Part shown: one piece after another, positions 38,240-51,907 of the stretch
Position numbering within the stretch: the stretch's first letter is position 1
Layout of the letters: every line of letters begins with the position of its first letter
Origin: Ostrea edulis
Taxonomy: Eukaryota
Length of the DNA stretch: 64,000 bases
Direction: 5' to 3'
Assembly: GCF_947568905.1 (NCBI RefSeq)
Contig: NC_079165.1
Location: forward strand, 23,808,001-23,872,000
Program-made: the position numbers and the translations under genes
Notes under the pieces: generated by a model
Database searches by the model: none
What the model was told of the DNA's origin: nothing
What the model saw: only the letters and a program-made list of their open reading frames with translations

Positions 38240-38640
38240 ATTAGAAAAATACCTCGCTCAGTTATTTCGCTACGAACGCCTTCATCTTGAATTTGAAAAG
38301 AAATTGAGTTTGCGTGATCGCAATACACACGAATTTCTGCGCACCCTCTAGCGTGGCGGCAGAACGCTTTACTCGGAATCAGCTCGTATTCAGTTTTACA
38401 CACGGAATGGGGGATTGGAGTGTGGGTGGAGTTATAATCGGGGGGAAAACTTGTACTAGACAAATTGTAGTTTTTCAAAGAAAATTCACTACGGGTATTT
38501 CTGCCCGTTTCTTTTTCTTTCCTTCTGTTTTTAAACAACATTTACTCAGGTTTTTCTCAGTCAGGATTTGAACATAACCCTCACAACTCAACCTGACCGG
38601 GGGTAATAGGGTTTGAATAATTCCCTCTCTCGCACACATT
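38240..38640 (-). promoter_or_regulatory. CpG-rich segment, candidate promoter / first non-coding exon of the zinc-finger gene
   Basis: Locally high CpG, a possible donor GAG|GTAT near 38250, and a CTCF-like motif GCACCCTCTAGCG at about 38341-38353. The link to the zinc-finger gene is inference. Confidence 0.35.
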
Positions 38641-39049
38641 CTCACGGACAGATATTCCTTCTAAACAAAGGCTAGAAGTATTAGACCGTAAAAAACTAGT
38701 AACTGGCTTCTTAAAAAGAGAAAAGTTGGCTATACTAGTAGCCAGCTACTTGAACCTGGAAAAGTTAGCTTCTGGTAGCCAGTTACTAGTAGCCAGCTAC
38801 TAAAAGTAAGAAAAGTTAGCTAATCGTAGCTAGCTAGTACAAAATATAAAAGTTATAATTACTGATAGCCAGCTACCAGATAAAGGTTAATGAGTTCGAA
38901 AATTATTATCTATCAGATTTATTTCTAAAGAGTACGAGGAGTCGTATGAAATTTCATGCTCAATTATCCCCAATTACATAACGTTGCAATGCAAAATACG
39001 AATAAACTTTTTCAACTGAGTATTTACTTTAAAAATGATACGGATTGAA

Positions 39050-39760
39050 TTCAAACCTTCATTCATTTGATATACCATACATTTTGAGATATCTGCTACT
39101 TTTACAATTTGATTCGAGTTACTCTGAAATTCAACATTGGTGTGAATACCGTAAGGTACTTTGTGTTTGTATTAGATATCTGACGAATTTACGACTATAC
39201 ATTTGGCAAGAAGTGATAGAGGGTGTTTTGATACGCCACGAATTTTCAGATATCGCTCTTAAGGAAATCAGCTACTTATACATTTTGATTATCGGTACAA
39301 TGAAATTTCAAGATCTGTGTGAATACCTTAAGGAACTCAATGTTTATATTATATATTTAACTAACTTCCCAACGATACGTATGGCGAGTAGTGATATTGG
39401 GTATCGTGATAGGTCATGAATTTTCAGATATCACGCTTAAGGAAGTCAGCTACTTATACCTTTGTGGCAGATAACCTGAAATTTCAAGTTTTTCGCAAAT
39501 ATCTTAAGGCAATCTATGTTTGTATTAGATATCTCATTAATTTACCAATATACATGTGAAGAGGAGTGGTATTAGATATCTTCATAAGCCATCAATTTTC
39601 AGATATCACCATTACGGAAGTCAGTTACTTATACCTTTTGATTCCTGGTAACCTGAAATTTCAAAATTTTCGTAGATATCTTAAGGAAATTTGTGTTTAT
39701 ATTAGATATTTGACTAATTTACAACTATCAAAGTGAAGAGGAGTGATATTAGGTCCTGCA
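39050..39760. repeat. About 178-bp diverged satellite-like array, about 4 copies
   Basis: aattttcagatatc recurs near 39240, 39418 and 39594, each followed by ggaa.tcag.tacttatac. Confidence 0.8.
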
Positions 39761-40699
39761 CATAACATACATACAGACAGATATTAGTAAAATAAACACA
39801 GATTAAAAGAAGTAGAATACATATAAACTTAAGAAATAATTATGAATGTAAGACAAATAGGAACAAAATGAAGCTTAAAAAGTCGGGTGATAATCTCTAA
39901 GATAATTACTCTTAAAACACACAACACTGGTTGAGTTTCTTATATTTCCACTCAAGGCATAATGGGAAATAATGGAACAACCCATGACAACAATAAAAAC
40001 CATAGGGACGACATATACAATACAAAGACAGAAGACACTCTCGAACATATCACTTATGCAACGATACAAATACATGTATATATATTGGTCATCATTTTAT
40101 CGTCAAATTAAGGAAATAAGAAAATAGCTGTAGTTAAAGTTTTATGATTTTCTCGTTATTGCAACTATTGTAATCTGCTATCTTTTTTGTTCATAAAACA
40201 ATCCTATGAATTCTTCTCCACTTTTCATGTGGTATTGCATATTGTTTATCCCTTTTATTGGGTCCAGTTGGTTTATCTTTATTAAATTTAGATTTCAATA
40301 TTCTGTAAATTTTTCTATCGTCAGTTTTATTAAATAGTAATGGTATTATGTGGAAGGGAATAATTGGTTCTTGTTCCTTAATCAGATGATCAATATTATA
40401 TAATCTCTACTGCTTGTATTACTCCGATAAATCCCCCCCCCCCCCCCCAAAAAAAAATTTAAATTAAAAAAAAAGATTTATTATTAAATATTGTTTGGAA
40501 GTCATTATATTCCCTTCCTCGTTTAGTAACGAGTTTATTAGATAAATATTGTATTTTAATTCCTTCAAATACACCGATTTTTTTTTTTTTTTTAAATGTA
40601 CTTTAAGTTTTATCGTTACATACCAGAGAACACTTTTGTTCCCGTGTCATAGAAATTATTCAAACTTATAGCTAACCATCTCAATGTACTCAAAAGAAC

Positions 40700-40838
40700 A
40701 AAACAAAACACTGTGTTGGTGGTTGGGTTCTTTAATGCTGTTTATTTATCCAGGGGTCCGTGTTTACCCAACTATCTATTTTGTATTGCTTGTAGGAGTT
40801 ATGAGATTGATCACTGTTCGTTATCTTCACCTTGCATC
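40700..40838 (+). mobile_element. Penelope-like 3' tip
   Basis: ccaggggtccgtgtttacccaactatctattttgtattgcttgtaggagttatgagattgatcactgttcgttatcttcacctt. Confidence 0.78.
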
Positions 40839-41090
40839 CTTATTCTACATTGTGGGGGATGATCGTAAACTCGGGGGGGGGGGGATGAAACTGCGGTAAA
40901 ATTGAGTTTTTAAAGTGACTTCGTTTGGTTGGTTACTTTTTAATCTGATTGAGTTAATTTGTAAAGTGTATAACTTATATAGCTTGATATGAAACATGTT
41001 TTTTTTTTATTACTACGATAATATCCAAAGATTATGGCATTTAGCTTTAAAAAGAATCACTGTCCGGGTACATGTGGGAGTGCTGTCCTC

Positions 41091-41106
41091 TGCGCAGGCG
41101 CACGTG
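41091..41106. promoter_or_regulatory. NRF1-like site overlapping an E-box
   Basis: TGCGCAGGCGCA overlapping CACGTG in a CpG-rich patch. Confidence 0.35.
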
Positions 41107-42170
41107 TGTGTAATTGGCGCGAATCCTGCTATTCATAATTATAGCAACAAAACCAGTAAAGCAACTTACAAGATTTACAACCATCACCCAATCGCGCCCA
41201 CTGCAACCCAACCCCCACCCCTACAAAAACCACATACTGACCTTTCACTTTCCTCTCTCTGCCAATCAGTGTTCATCGACGAATATGAATGGGATGGAAC
41301 GGCTTACGATGCTATTTGTGTTATGTAATGAACTAAAGAACGATGAATTATGTAATGAAATTATATCAATATTTCGTTTCATTACCTACATTCTCGTGTA
41401 TATTTTATACTGTAGCGGATGTTCACTGGGACACTGAAAATGAAGTAGATCTATGCTTATAGAGGAATAATCGTCATAATGGCTGAAATTTGAAACTGAA
41501 ATGAATGGGTCCACATAATGACTTAAATTACTGTCATTCACCGAAATTACCAAAGAAATGACTGAAATTACTAATAAATAATGCTGATTATAGTAGACCG
41601 TGACTGAAATTACCAATAATACTGCTTAATTATAATGGGTTCGAATTTTTATCCGGGTTCTTTCCTCTTTAAAATTGCATTTGTCACGAACAAAAGTAAA
41701 ATTTCAAAATATTATTCTTGTACATATCCTCCACTTTCCATCCACTACTTTGGAACATTAAATTGGTGTAACAAGCTACAGAGAGAACTAGGGGACAAAT
41801 ACATTGCACAACCAATACTATCATGTCAACTTTCAATATTGAATGCACAGTTGAATGTTCCAACATGCAATCAGAAATAGCTACATTACAACATGTTATC
41901 TCCGCAAAAAATGAAATCATTGTAGACCAAGGTATCTGGATTAAAAATCTTAGCTATGGCATCTTCAAACTACAAGATCAGCTGATCTAGGAAAAGTTAC
42001 ACACAATTCGAATAGATGCCTCTTTATTCATGGATGACACTGTCGCGTTCCCCACACCAAAGTCTCCTTTGATGTATATGTTCAATATTAAGACACAACC
42101 AAAGGACAGGCAAAATAGTCAAGGCAGCTTGGGAGGGAACAACAATAGTAGAAGTTTTATACAGGACAAC

Positions 42171-43985
42171 GAAAGGTGAAGATAACGAACAGTGATCAAT
42201 GTCATAACTTGTACAAGGAATACAAAATAGAGAGTCGGGCAAACACGGACCCCGGGATATACCAGAAGTCGGATCAGATGCCTAGGAGGAGTAAGCATCT
42301 CCTGTCGACTGGTAAACCTGCCGTGAGCCCTTTATCTTGATCAGATAAACAAAGTAATCCATAGTCAAATTCAATGTGCCAAGGACGGTCTAATAATCGC
42401 CATGAAACACGTCAGACAGCATTTGACCCAAAGATAGGTTGTATTGGCAAATGAGATCATTATAACGACCATAGAATTTGCGAAATGCTGACTTTAAACG
42501 AGAATGTTGAAACACCTGATACACTAACTTGTTTGTCAGTAGCCTGCCTAGATTTAAAAACTGATCATACACAGAACAAGCTCTTGCGTATCGAATCAGT
42601 GTAAAGATATAAACATCATATGCAGATGATAATGGAATATTGCTACATAAATATGGGAAGTTGACGATAGAGAAGCTGAAATCATACCATTTGTCATAAA
42701 GTTTAGTTATTAGTTTGCGTTAAAGGGACTGGTTTACGATTTTTGATAAAAATATTTTTTCATTTTTGATGTTAAACATTTAGAATATAACTCATTTAAT
42801 GTTGACAACCAAATTTTGACCTTCTGAATGCAAGAATAAAAGCAATATTTTAGCCTTGAATCTGTGATATGTAAACAAAGACTCAAGTCTTTTTATGTAT
42901 ACAAAGAAACAAGTGAAATATAATTTTTGTAATATAAAGCATCTTAATTTTACGTAGTCACAAATTTTTAACTTTTAGATGACACATTTTACTCCAAAAA
43001 TACTTGAAATGTGAAAGATATAATAAACTTTGATCGATATCCATTTCTGTTGAAAATTTTGTAAACAATAACATACAGCAATCTTTGTTTACAAAACAAA
43101 TAATGAACTCTCTAAAATGTGCTTCATTTGATAATGTATAACCTTAATTTTTTATGTGAAATCTTTTAAACACATTAGACAGTCGATTTTGATCATTAAA
43201 AGTGAAAAAGAAAATTTTGGGGGAAATCGTGAATCAGTCCCTTTAATATTCATTTTCAGTAAAACATCGAAGTACGAAGCAGATGTGAAGGACTCTGTGG
43301 TATCTTTTATTTCGAGTTCAGAAGAATATATTGAATTGACATATGAATGAAAATGATTATTGTTGATGAAAGGAGAAGATAACGAACAGCGATAGATGAA
43401 ACGTCGACGATTATCTAAATGTCGAGTCGAAGGCCACAGCAAGAAATTGTTTCTTATGTAGAAGCTATTGAATAAACTATGCTTTATAAGAATATAAAAA
43501 CAGGTCAGATAACAAAGGAGCACAATTCATGTCCATGGGAATTCCAATATATTGTTGGAAGACCTGATCATTAAAGACTACGAAGATATTGTCAATGCGG
43601 AACTCCAGCATATTTCTTGTTTCAACTTCAGAGTACTTGTGTGTGGAATCAGAGTGGTAATGTTTTGGATGACAGATCGCTGGATACGAATATTTACTTT
43701 TTCCATCTTTGTTCAAGAATCAAGTGTCCATGATGTCAAAAATTCTCAACTTTTATCGTTAGAAATTTTCGTGTAAATTGTTGAAAGGTCGTACGTTTTG
43801 ATGTTGTTGATTTGAGAAAAGTTTTGCGATTTCAAATTTACTTAAAGTTGTTTGATTATTTTTAGAATCCATATTTGATTTACACCACTTCTGGCATATG
43901 TTGTTGCACAGCACGTTTGGAGTTTTCCTTTACAGCTGTTAATATCAATATTCAAGGAAGAACAGATGGGCAGAACCAAACATCC
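42171..43985 (-). mobile_element. Degenerate Penelope-like retroelement (RT fragment + 3' end), copy A, interrupted by a MITE
   Basis: RT motif QQYIGIPMDMNCAPLLSDLFLYSY (GIPMG motif), a decayed YIDD region, thumb region LLTNKLVYQVFQHSRLKSAFRKFYGRYNDL, and the family 3' end. Multiple frameshifts. Confidence 0.8.
42724..43242. mobile_element. Kolobok-type MITE (519 bp) inserted into Penelope-like copy A
   Basis: TIR AGGGACTG(G/A)TT(T/C)ACGATTT with TTAA duplicated at 42720-42723 and 43243-43246. The paralogous site in copy C (about 47995) has a single TTAA, i.e. the empty site. Confidence 0.88.
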
Positions 43986-44160
43986 AATCAAGGAAGAACA
44001 CATATAAAGGACATAGTACACACTCAAAAGCGGAGCAGAGAAATGTACATGTTGCAACCATGAGAATCAGAAAAACAATCAAAGTCCTGTGCAGCACAAA
44101 CACACAAGGAAACAAGTTTATTTATTTGAACATCTAATATAGAGTACGTGAACTACAGAT

Positions 44161-44410
44161 AAAAGGCGAAGATAACGAACAGTTATCAATTTCATAACTC
44201 CTACAAGCAATACAAAATAGATAGTTGGGCAAACACGGACCCCTGGACACCCCAGAGTGGGAGCAGGTGCCTAGGAGGAGTAAGCATCCCCTGTCGACCA
44301 GTCACACCCGTCGTGAGCCCTATAGTCAGATCAGGTAAACGGAGTTATCCGTAGTCAAAATCAGTGTGCCAAGAACGGCTTAACAATCGGTATGAAACAC
44401 GTCAGACATG
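44161..44410 (-). mobile_element. Penelope-like element 3'-terminal segment, copy B
   Basis: Near-identical to the family 3' end (gaagataacgaacag...ggtgcctaggaggagtaagcatcccc...ggtatgaaacacgtcagaca). Confidence 0.8.
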
Positions 44411-44639
44411 TTGCAGGGAAAAAGTACTATGTTCACAAAGAGACGAAATACACCACTGATAAAGCCAGAACTACAGAGCTGATGCCGTGATGAAATCAGA
44501 TGTTGTTGTCTGTCACCTTCTGTGCAATGACACTGAAAAAGTTGAAAACTCTGAAACTTTGAAGAATACTCCGAAACGTTTTGTATAGCACACAGATTTA
44601 ACACCGTCTAATTCATTGCATGTCAAGTGAAATAATTTA

Positions 44640-45060
44640 GACTTCATCACTATGTTAGAAAATGATGCTGTAAAGTACGACAACATAGGATATATCCTTT
44701 TTTGTGGGGATCTAAATGCCAGGACAAGAACTGCGATATAAAGAACAGACATTCAGATCCTCACATCCCAGCTTTCTTTGAACATGTTGAAAATCTTTTA
44801 AGTTTTAGATGTAGTCATGGTCGTATTGTTAGTGAGAGGGAAAGAGCTTGGATTGGTTTTGCACATCACACGATCAACATTGATTGAATGATAGCACTGT
44901 AGAGGATTGGAATGAAAATTTAGATGTTTCCAATACAATGTAAATAGTGGCTAACTACTTTTGATATCAAATTCATTTTCAAGTAATGTTTTGTATTTCA
45001 AGGTGCATGATCAGCATATTCCAGGGTTGTCAGATCACTCAAGACGTTTTTTTTGGGGGG
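44640..45060 (+). mobile_element. Decayed non-LTR retrotransposon (LINE) APE endonuclease fragment
   Basis: Translates ...IGYILFCGDLNART (44706-44726) and later PGLSDH (about 45021-45040), the GDxNA and SDH motifs of APE endonucleases; stops in between. Confidence 0.55.
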
Positions 45061-46404
45061 GGGGTCCTTTTTCTCCAACGGATGCTGCTTTTTCAACAGG
45101 AGTTTAGTAGATTTACATTTACAGGAACGTGCATGTCAGATTAGTGCCATTTTTCACAAATCTGCGCATGACAGGAAGTCTGAGAACAGTGATCTACCAG
45201 ATTCTGTCTGAAGCTTCCAAACAGCTCGGGATAACCATGAGGTACAAAATACAATTAACAAATGTTGTCAAAGTTAACTTTTTCGTACAAAGGTAGAGAA
45301 ATTGAACGTTAGTTGTTTTATAGATATCTTGAAAACATGTATATAATGTATCTGGCTTATTTATAAATTGTAAACACGATTTGTATAAACGTGGTTTGAA
45401 GGCCTCCTTTAAGTTAATCAAGTGTTTTGGTAACGATAAACCAAATGCGAATATCTTAATTCACCATTTTGACCACACAGCATAGCAAGTGGTTCTGCAT
45501 AGAAGTGACACAGAACTTACAGCTGTTAAACGAACACGTTATGTTATTGAAAATTTCATTAGCAATAAACAAACTGAGAACTACCAGAATTGTTTTTCTT
45601 GAATTTTTTGGGCAAAATTGTGGATATAAATATGTATTTGGTATGTCACATATAAGAGTTCTATATTTGATGTATTTGTGGGCTTCAAATCAAGAATGAA
45701 CTTGGAAGTCATCTATTATATGTTTTGATCACTGTTCGTTATCTTCACCTTTCATGTGAGGACATTGTCTAATGCTGTAGAATATTTGCAACATATTGTG
45801 ACTTATAACCTGAAAATGCATTTCAAGAGAGCAAAATGTTATCTGAAAACAAAAGTAGCTGCTAGCTCGGTATTGCCTACTTTCTATGGAGAAAAACGTG
45901 ATAATATTCATGCAACAAACTTCCCGTCAAAAGCGTACAATGAGTTGAAAATAAGATTTATTAATCAATGGAGTACTAACTTATCTTAATATGCTGTAAA
46001 TCAGAAAGTCAAACTATGAACATATGTCTTATTTAAAATAAGATTTTTTTTCGGTAATAAAGAAAACATCTACATGTACTTTAAAATCTTTGAATTTGCT
46101 CTTATGAATTACCAATTGAAGTCGATAGGCATAAAACATTCCTGACAGTGTATCAGGCCAAACTTTCATAGAAGATGATTCTTTTATCTTTGAATGCCCT
46201 CTATATATTACAATTGTACAAAAAGAAAAGAATTCATGGACTATATTCAAAATTTTAACATTCAGCAGCATTATAAAAGAAGATGTGCTCTTAAAACTTA
46301 AATGCTCCTGAAAGAACCTAAACTGATGAAAAACTTTACATAAATATAGGATCTCCCATGGTTTGATATGATTTATATTCAATGAGTTGTGTGTTTTCTA
46401 TCCC

Positions 46405-46525
46405 CGAGCCTTAGCCTTAGCAAATTTTGCAGCCCTTCACCGGCAATGGTGACGTCCCCATATGAGCGAAATATTCTCGAAAGGGATGTTAAGCAATATA
46501 CAATCAATCATTCAATAAATCAATA
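46405..46525 (+). mobile_element. 5'-truncated copy of a related SINE with (CAAT)n tail
   Basis: ccttcaccgg.a.tggtgacgtc.ccatatgag.gaaa.attctcga.aggga.gttaa shared with 33530-33595. Confidence 0.75.
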
Positions 46526-47099
46526 TGTTTTGTTGTTATTCGCGAAAACCACATATTATATATCTTTTTAATGTAATCCACAATGTATATATAAGATGTA
46601 ACTAAGAAATCCTGACCAGTTCTATTCCTGGATTTTTGTTGAGATCATTTCGCTACGATTAACTATGTACAGGTATGTTGTATTAGCGTTGTACTCTGTC
46701 CTCTGCTAACACAGCTTTTAATTTTCAAAACTCAAATAGAATCATTCATTATGATGAATTTGTTGAAGCAAACAAATGTTTATTCGGTATATACATAAAT
46801 GTGCACACAAATATACATACATAAATACTACATTTCCCATGAAAGTTTCAATGGGGTCTTTAATGCACGAATGTTGACGCTAGGGGGACATTAAAGTCTG
46901 CTTCTGATTAACATATCGTCCTTGTTGTAAAGAATACCCAGCTCTATGCAGTACTTGAACTTCTGTCGTATAATTAAGAAGTAAGGTTCCGCAGTTTCGT
47001 GGATAATACAGAGTAACCTCCGAGGTCGAGATATGTTGTTTTGAGGTATAAAAGCCGTGTTAGCCGAGGTCTTTTGAAACGCAACGGCTTTTATAATTG

Positions 47100-47420
47100 G
47101 TAACCAAAGATGTTATCCTGCATCATCCACGAAAACAAGAATGTTATTTCTATTCTACTAAGGTTCAGAAATATACAGCCGATCGTTTACTTATACAGCT
47201 AGGAATTCGATTACCGTGATATCATGGAATTTTTCGAATTGGACTAGACCTACATGGTTTTTTTTTACTGACGAAAAAGGTGAGATAGTAGAATATACTA
47301 AATCTATTTTGAAAAATGCTTCAGGTATTCGGTTTTATGTTGATGGATTACATCAAGTGCTTTGAATACACAGTCCAAGAAAACTACAAGTACGTAAATA
47401 GGCTTAAATTGTCAGTTGTT
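47100..47420. repeat. Dispersed repeat of unknown class, paralogue of about 54860-55130
   Basis: ttatcctgcatcatccacgaaa...cgtttacttatacagc...ctgacgaa..aggtgag is shared by both copies. Confidence 0.75.
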
Positions 47421-47467
47421 TTCAATATTCTTCAATTGCATTTAAAAATGTGTTTTGCAGCATGAAA

Positions 47468-48690
47468 ACGTGAAGATAATGAACAGTGATCAATCTCATA
47501 ACTCCTATAAGCAATACAAAATAGAGAGTTCGACTGACACCGACCCCTGGATATACCAGAGGTGGGATCAGGTGTCTAGGAGGAGTAAGCATCCCCTGTC
47601 GATCGGTCACACCCACCGTGAGCCATACATTTTGATCAGGTAAACAGAGTTATCCGTAGTCAGAATCAGTGTGCCAAGGGCGGCCTACAATCGATATGAA
47701 ATGCGCCAGACAGTATTTTACCCAATTACAGGTTGTTATAACGACCATAGAATTTGCAAAATGCTGACTTTACACGAGACTGTTGAAACCGCTGTAATAT
47801 CAACTTGTTTATCAGTAGACTGCCTCAATTAAAAACCTGTCGTGCACAGAACAAGCTCTTGCGTATCGAATCATTTGAGAGATATAAACACCATGTGCAG
47901 GCGATATTAGAATGTTGCTACGTAAATATGGGAAGATGATGATATAGAAGCTGAAATCACCCCGTTTATCATAAAGTTTAGTTGATAGTTTGCCATTAAT
48001 ATCTATTTTCAATACAATATATAAATATGACGCAGATGTGGATGACTTTGTGGTGTCTTTTATTTCGAGTCACAGGGATATATCGAATCTACATATGAAT
48101 GAAAATGCTTATTGTTAATGGATAAAACGTCGTTGATATATCTAAATGTCGAGTAGAAGGCCACAGCAAGATATTTTTTCTTCTCATTTAGAAGCTTTTA
48201 AAATAAATTCTGAATCAAAAGAATATATAACAAGTCAGCTAACAAGGAATTACATTTCGTGTCCATGAGAATTCCAACAGAATGTTGAAAGACCTGATCA
48301 CCAAAGACCACGAAGATATTGTCAATGAGGAACTCCAGCTTATTTTTTTTAAATTTCAACTTCAGAATACTTATGTGTCGAATCAGAGTGGTGTTTCAGA
48401 AAGTAATTTTTTGGATGACTGATCACCAGATATGAATATTTCATTGATCAAGTTTTGTTGAAGAAGTAATTGTTTATGATGTCGAAAAGGCTAGCCTTTA
48501 TTTTATCGTGAGGAATGGTCGTGTGAAGTGTTGAAAAGTTGCACGTTTTGATGCTGTTGATTTGATAAAAGCTTTGTGATTTCAAATTTACTGAAAGCTC
48601 TTAAGAATTGTTTTAGAATTCACATTTGATTTACACCACGTCTGTCATATTATGTTGTGCCATAGTAAGTTTATGGTTTTTCTTCACAGC
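47468..48690 (-). mobile_element. Degenerate Penelope-like retroelement, copy C
   Basis: ORF 47812-48012 (LSTKLYDKRGDFSF...SPAHGVYISQMIRYARACS) plus the family 3' end; colinear with copy A. Confidence 0.82.
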
Positions 48691-49169
48691 TGGTAATATT
48701 TTCGTGAGGAGCAAAGATAGGGGCTTGGTAGAACATTTACTGGATACAACGATGTATCGTTGTTTGTAAGGGTTTTTGTGAAGTTTAGGAATCCAGTATA
48801 GGTACGGTAACTCATATTCATTGACTGGACTATTAAATGTCTATATAAACTTGAAGCATGGTTTCAAAGATTTTCATCTTTTGAAAGGGAAGTTGGGGTA
48901 TAAGTACAATCACTAGATGTGGATTTCACGCCAAATTTGTTTAAAACATATTTCTTAATTCTTATGATTATCAATTGAATTATCAGTGATCAACTTTATT
49001 GCTGTATTAACAAAACACGAAGTGAAAGTGAAATGTGGGGTTTCTCCATCAGCTGAAATGTTCTGGTTCAATCCGGAAAGCAGATTGGTAAGAATGATAA
49101 TGTCGTTGCGTATAAGTACGCCAATGGTAAAATAACGAAGTGTGGTTATTATATGAAAAGATCGTCCTC

Positions 49170-49400
49170 AGTCATGGTGGCTCAGTGGTATCTAGAGCGT
49201 TTACTTAGAAACCGGGAGATCATCAGTTTTAGCCCCCCCCCCCCCATCTTCGTGTCATGGCAGCGTCAAACCTAAGAAGTAAATATAGTACAGTGATTGC
49301 TCCTTCGCTAAACACTTGGAATTTAGAAGTGAAAATCACGGGTCACCACTTTGCATTTAAAAGTGAAAATCACGGGTCTTTTGGATATGACCTTAAAAAC
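49170..49400 (+). mobile_element. Degenerate tRNA-derived SINE 5' portion
   Basis: A box gtggctcagtggt and atgaccttaaaa shared with the 33272 SINE; B box decayed. Confidence 0.5.
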
Positions 49401-49800
49401 AAATTGTTGGAAGACCTGATCCCCACAGACTATGTAGTAATCGTTAATGAGGAACTCCAGCACATTTTTATATTGTTTTCAGAGTACCCGAGCCATAGTA
49501 CTATATAGAATGAAAATGGTGTTTAACAAAATAATTTTGAACGACTAATGAGATAAATATATTTTTGAGCTCCATTTTGGTGACGAAACAGCTGTATATG
49601 ATGTCAAAATGCATAGTCTTTAATTTATCGTGAGGAATGGCTATGTGACACTAAGTTTGATTACGGATTACTCAGTTTACCAGATCTAGATAGACGGTGT
49701 GATCGGTCAAAAATAGATGCTTACTCCTCCTAGGCACCTGATCTCACCTCTGTTATGTCCAGGGGTCCGTGTTTACCCAACTCTTAATTTTGCATTCTTT
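49390..49800. mobile_element. Penelope-like fragments: RT piece (-, about 49390-49640) joined head-to-head to a 3'-end piece (+, about 49660-49800)
   Basis: gaagacctgat...gaggaactccagc matches copies A and C; gatgcttactcctcctaggcacctgatc matches the family 3' end. Confidence 0.65.
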
Positions 49801-51489
49801 ATATTTTACATTCTTTCATTTCATTTCATGTATTGTTAGTGACTTGTTTTGAAGTTGTTGTATATAATCAGCTTTTTAATCTGTTATCGTTATTTGCTTG
49901 TATTACAATGAAAGTCTTAGCAATGCATTTAATTACTAGTCACAACTGTTGAAACTAGGGCGATACAAATCTCTTTTTTAACCGTCCGTTCTGATTTCCT
50001 TTGTTTTCCGCACTCTTCAGATATTACGAGAGGTCCTGATCTAAAAGCCGTTTTAGTGTACATTCGATACATGTTTATTTGTCTCAGCTTTCAATGATTA
50101 TGTGGCCAATAACTTGATATGAATTTCAAGATGTGACGATGATAAAAAGTAATCAATTTCTTATATCCTGTTAAGTATGGGCATAAAAATAGCCTTGGAT
50201 AACATGTGAAAGGTGAAGATAACGAACAGTAAAAGACCATGGAAAACAATTGCGTATCAAGTCTAAATCAGATACGAGTCATATTAAAGGAAACCTCGAA
50301 AAAGAAAACCCATTTAATCAAATGCCTTTTAATGGTATTCTGGATTCCCGTTTCTAATGAGGACTTTTTTTCCAAGAATTTAAGACGAGCACTTGTCAAT
50401 ACGTCACTGGATAGTGTCTATGCAAGTTCGTAAAATTTGTTTTGAAAGTTACGAACAAGACGAAAACATTTCCAATTGATATATAAAAGAGGAAATTGCA
50501 CTTTACAGTTCAATTATATCTGTATTAATGTGTTATAAATATAAAAAAAACTTTTTTATTTCATTGCTCTGGATCAACACTGCAGTAGGCAACTGAAATG
50601 TTGCAGGTGGGACATAGAAATTTGACACAAAAAAGAAGTTAAACATCAACATATGAATAAAAATACAATAAAAAGAAATAAATGAATTCAACATCACTTA
50701 TGCTACCATTGTTTTTATACCCTATAATACCAGCAGACTGTATGCGTTCTCCTACATTGTAAATACAGTCTCCTTGTGGAGGCGTCCTGTTACACCCCCC
50801 CCCTTCTCATGGTGTTCATCGAGAGGAAAAGGTGTTTTAAATAAGACATTTAGATAGGCTTTGACCTGAAAAAAGAAATAACATGTCATATTTTAAGATA
50901 CATATATGAAAGGTGAAGATAATGAACAGATTCATAGAAATATCATAATGCAATATTAGATTTTATTAAGCTTCGTCCGTGGTGAACAATGCTAGAATGC
51001 AGTCACATGACAAAAGTGAGTTCCCAAAGAAAATTTTCTCTCTTTCATACAAGACCAAATTGTTTCAAACGTTCCCTTGAAGCCACTGTCCTGGCAGTTT
51101 TGATGCAATAAACACCAATAATATTTTTTTTATATTATAACTGACTATTGTAGAGATATAAGAATTTAATAACGAAGTGAAAAATATTGCAAGTTGAGAA
51201 GTTGTTTTTGGAAAAAAGGATTGTTTTGAATGAAAAATAGGGTCTTTGGAACATTTTTCCCAACAGGAGACACCTGCAGGCATGTTCACGAAACTTTCCT
51301 AAGATATGTCCTAAGATATAACTCATGAAAACAGTTAGGAAAATCCTAAGATGCTTCTCAACGAAATCATATAGGACGTCCTGACTACTCAGGAACATTC
51401 TTATTCCTTTACATGTATTTATACACATGATATTCGTGACATATTTCCGAGTAAACAATTAAAATCTAGACACATACAACTAGAGAAAA

Positions 51490-51620
51490 TACGGCCATTA
51501 TTTATTTAGAAATTCATTTCAAAATTAAGGATTATCTCCCTCATGCATAGCTCTTATCCTTAGACGAATTTGACTCCACTTTCTGACACTCTGTTTTCCC
51601 CTAAAATAGCTCTTACAATC
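51490..51620 (+). repeat. Ribozyme-less fragment of the same 350-nt retrozyme family, opposite orientation
   Basis: atttcaaaattaaggattatctccctcatgcatagctcttatcct...gacgaatttgactc is the reverse complement of about 55640-55780. Confidence 0.75.
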
Positions 51621-51859
51621 GATATGTACTCGTGTCAAGGTCTTTGATACCAATAATTCAACAATTGTTTTGCCGACACAAATCCAACTGGTCTGAATTT
51701 AATTTGTGATTTGTGCGGATTAGTGTGTTATCGTATGTAAGAAGGGGAAGTTCTACTTGATGAGATAGAAAAAAAAAACCCCATCTAATTTAATAAACTA
51801 TCTATCATCGTTACAAATACAGCAGGGAAGAGTGATAAAATTTCTGGGAAGATACATGC

Positions 51860-51860
<1 letters not shown>

Positions 51861-51905
<45 letters not shown>
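51861..51905. repeat. (TA)n microsatellite
   Basis: Uninterrupted TA run. Confidence 0.97.

Positions 51906-51907
<2 letters not shown>

Noticed and set aside
38044-38571. 165-aa and 85-aa ORFs
   Set aside because: No domain signal; explained by locally higher GC in a promoter-like patch.
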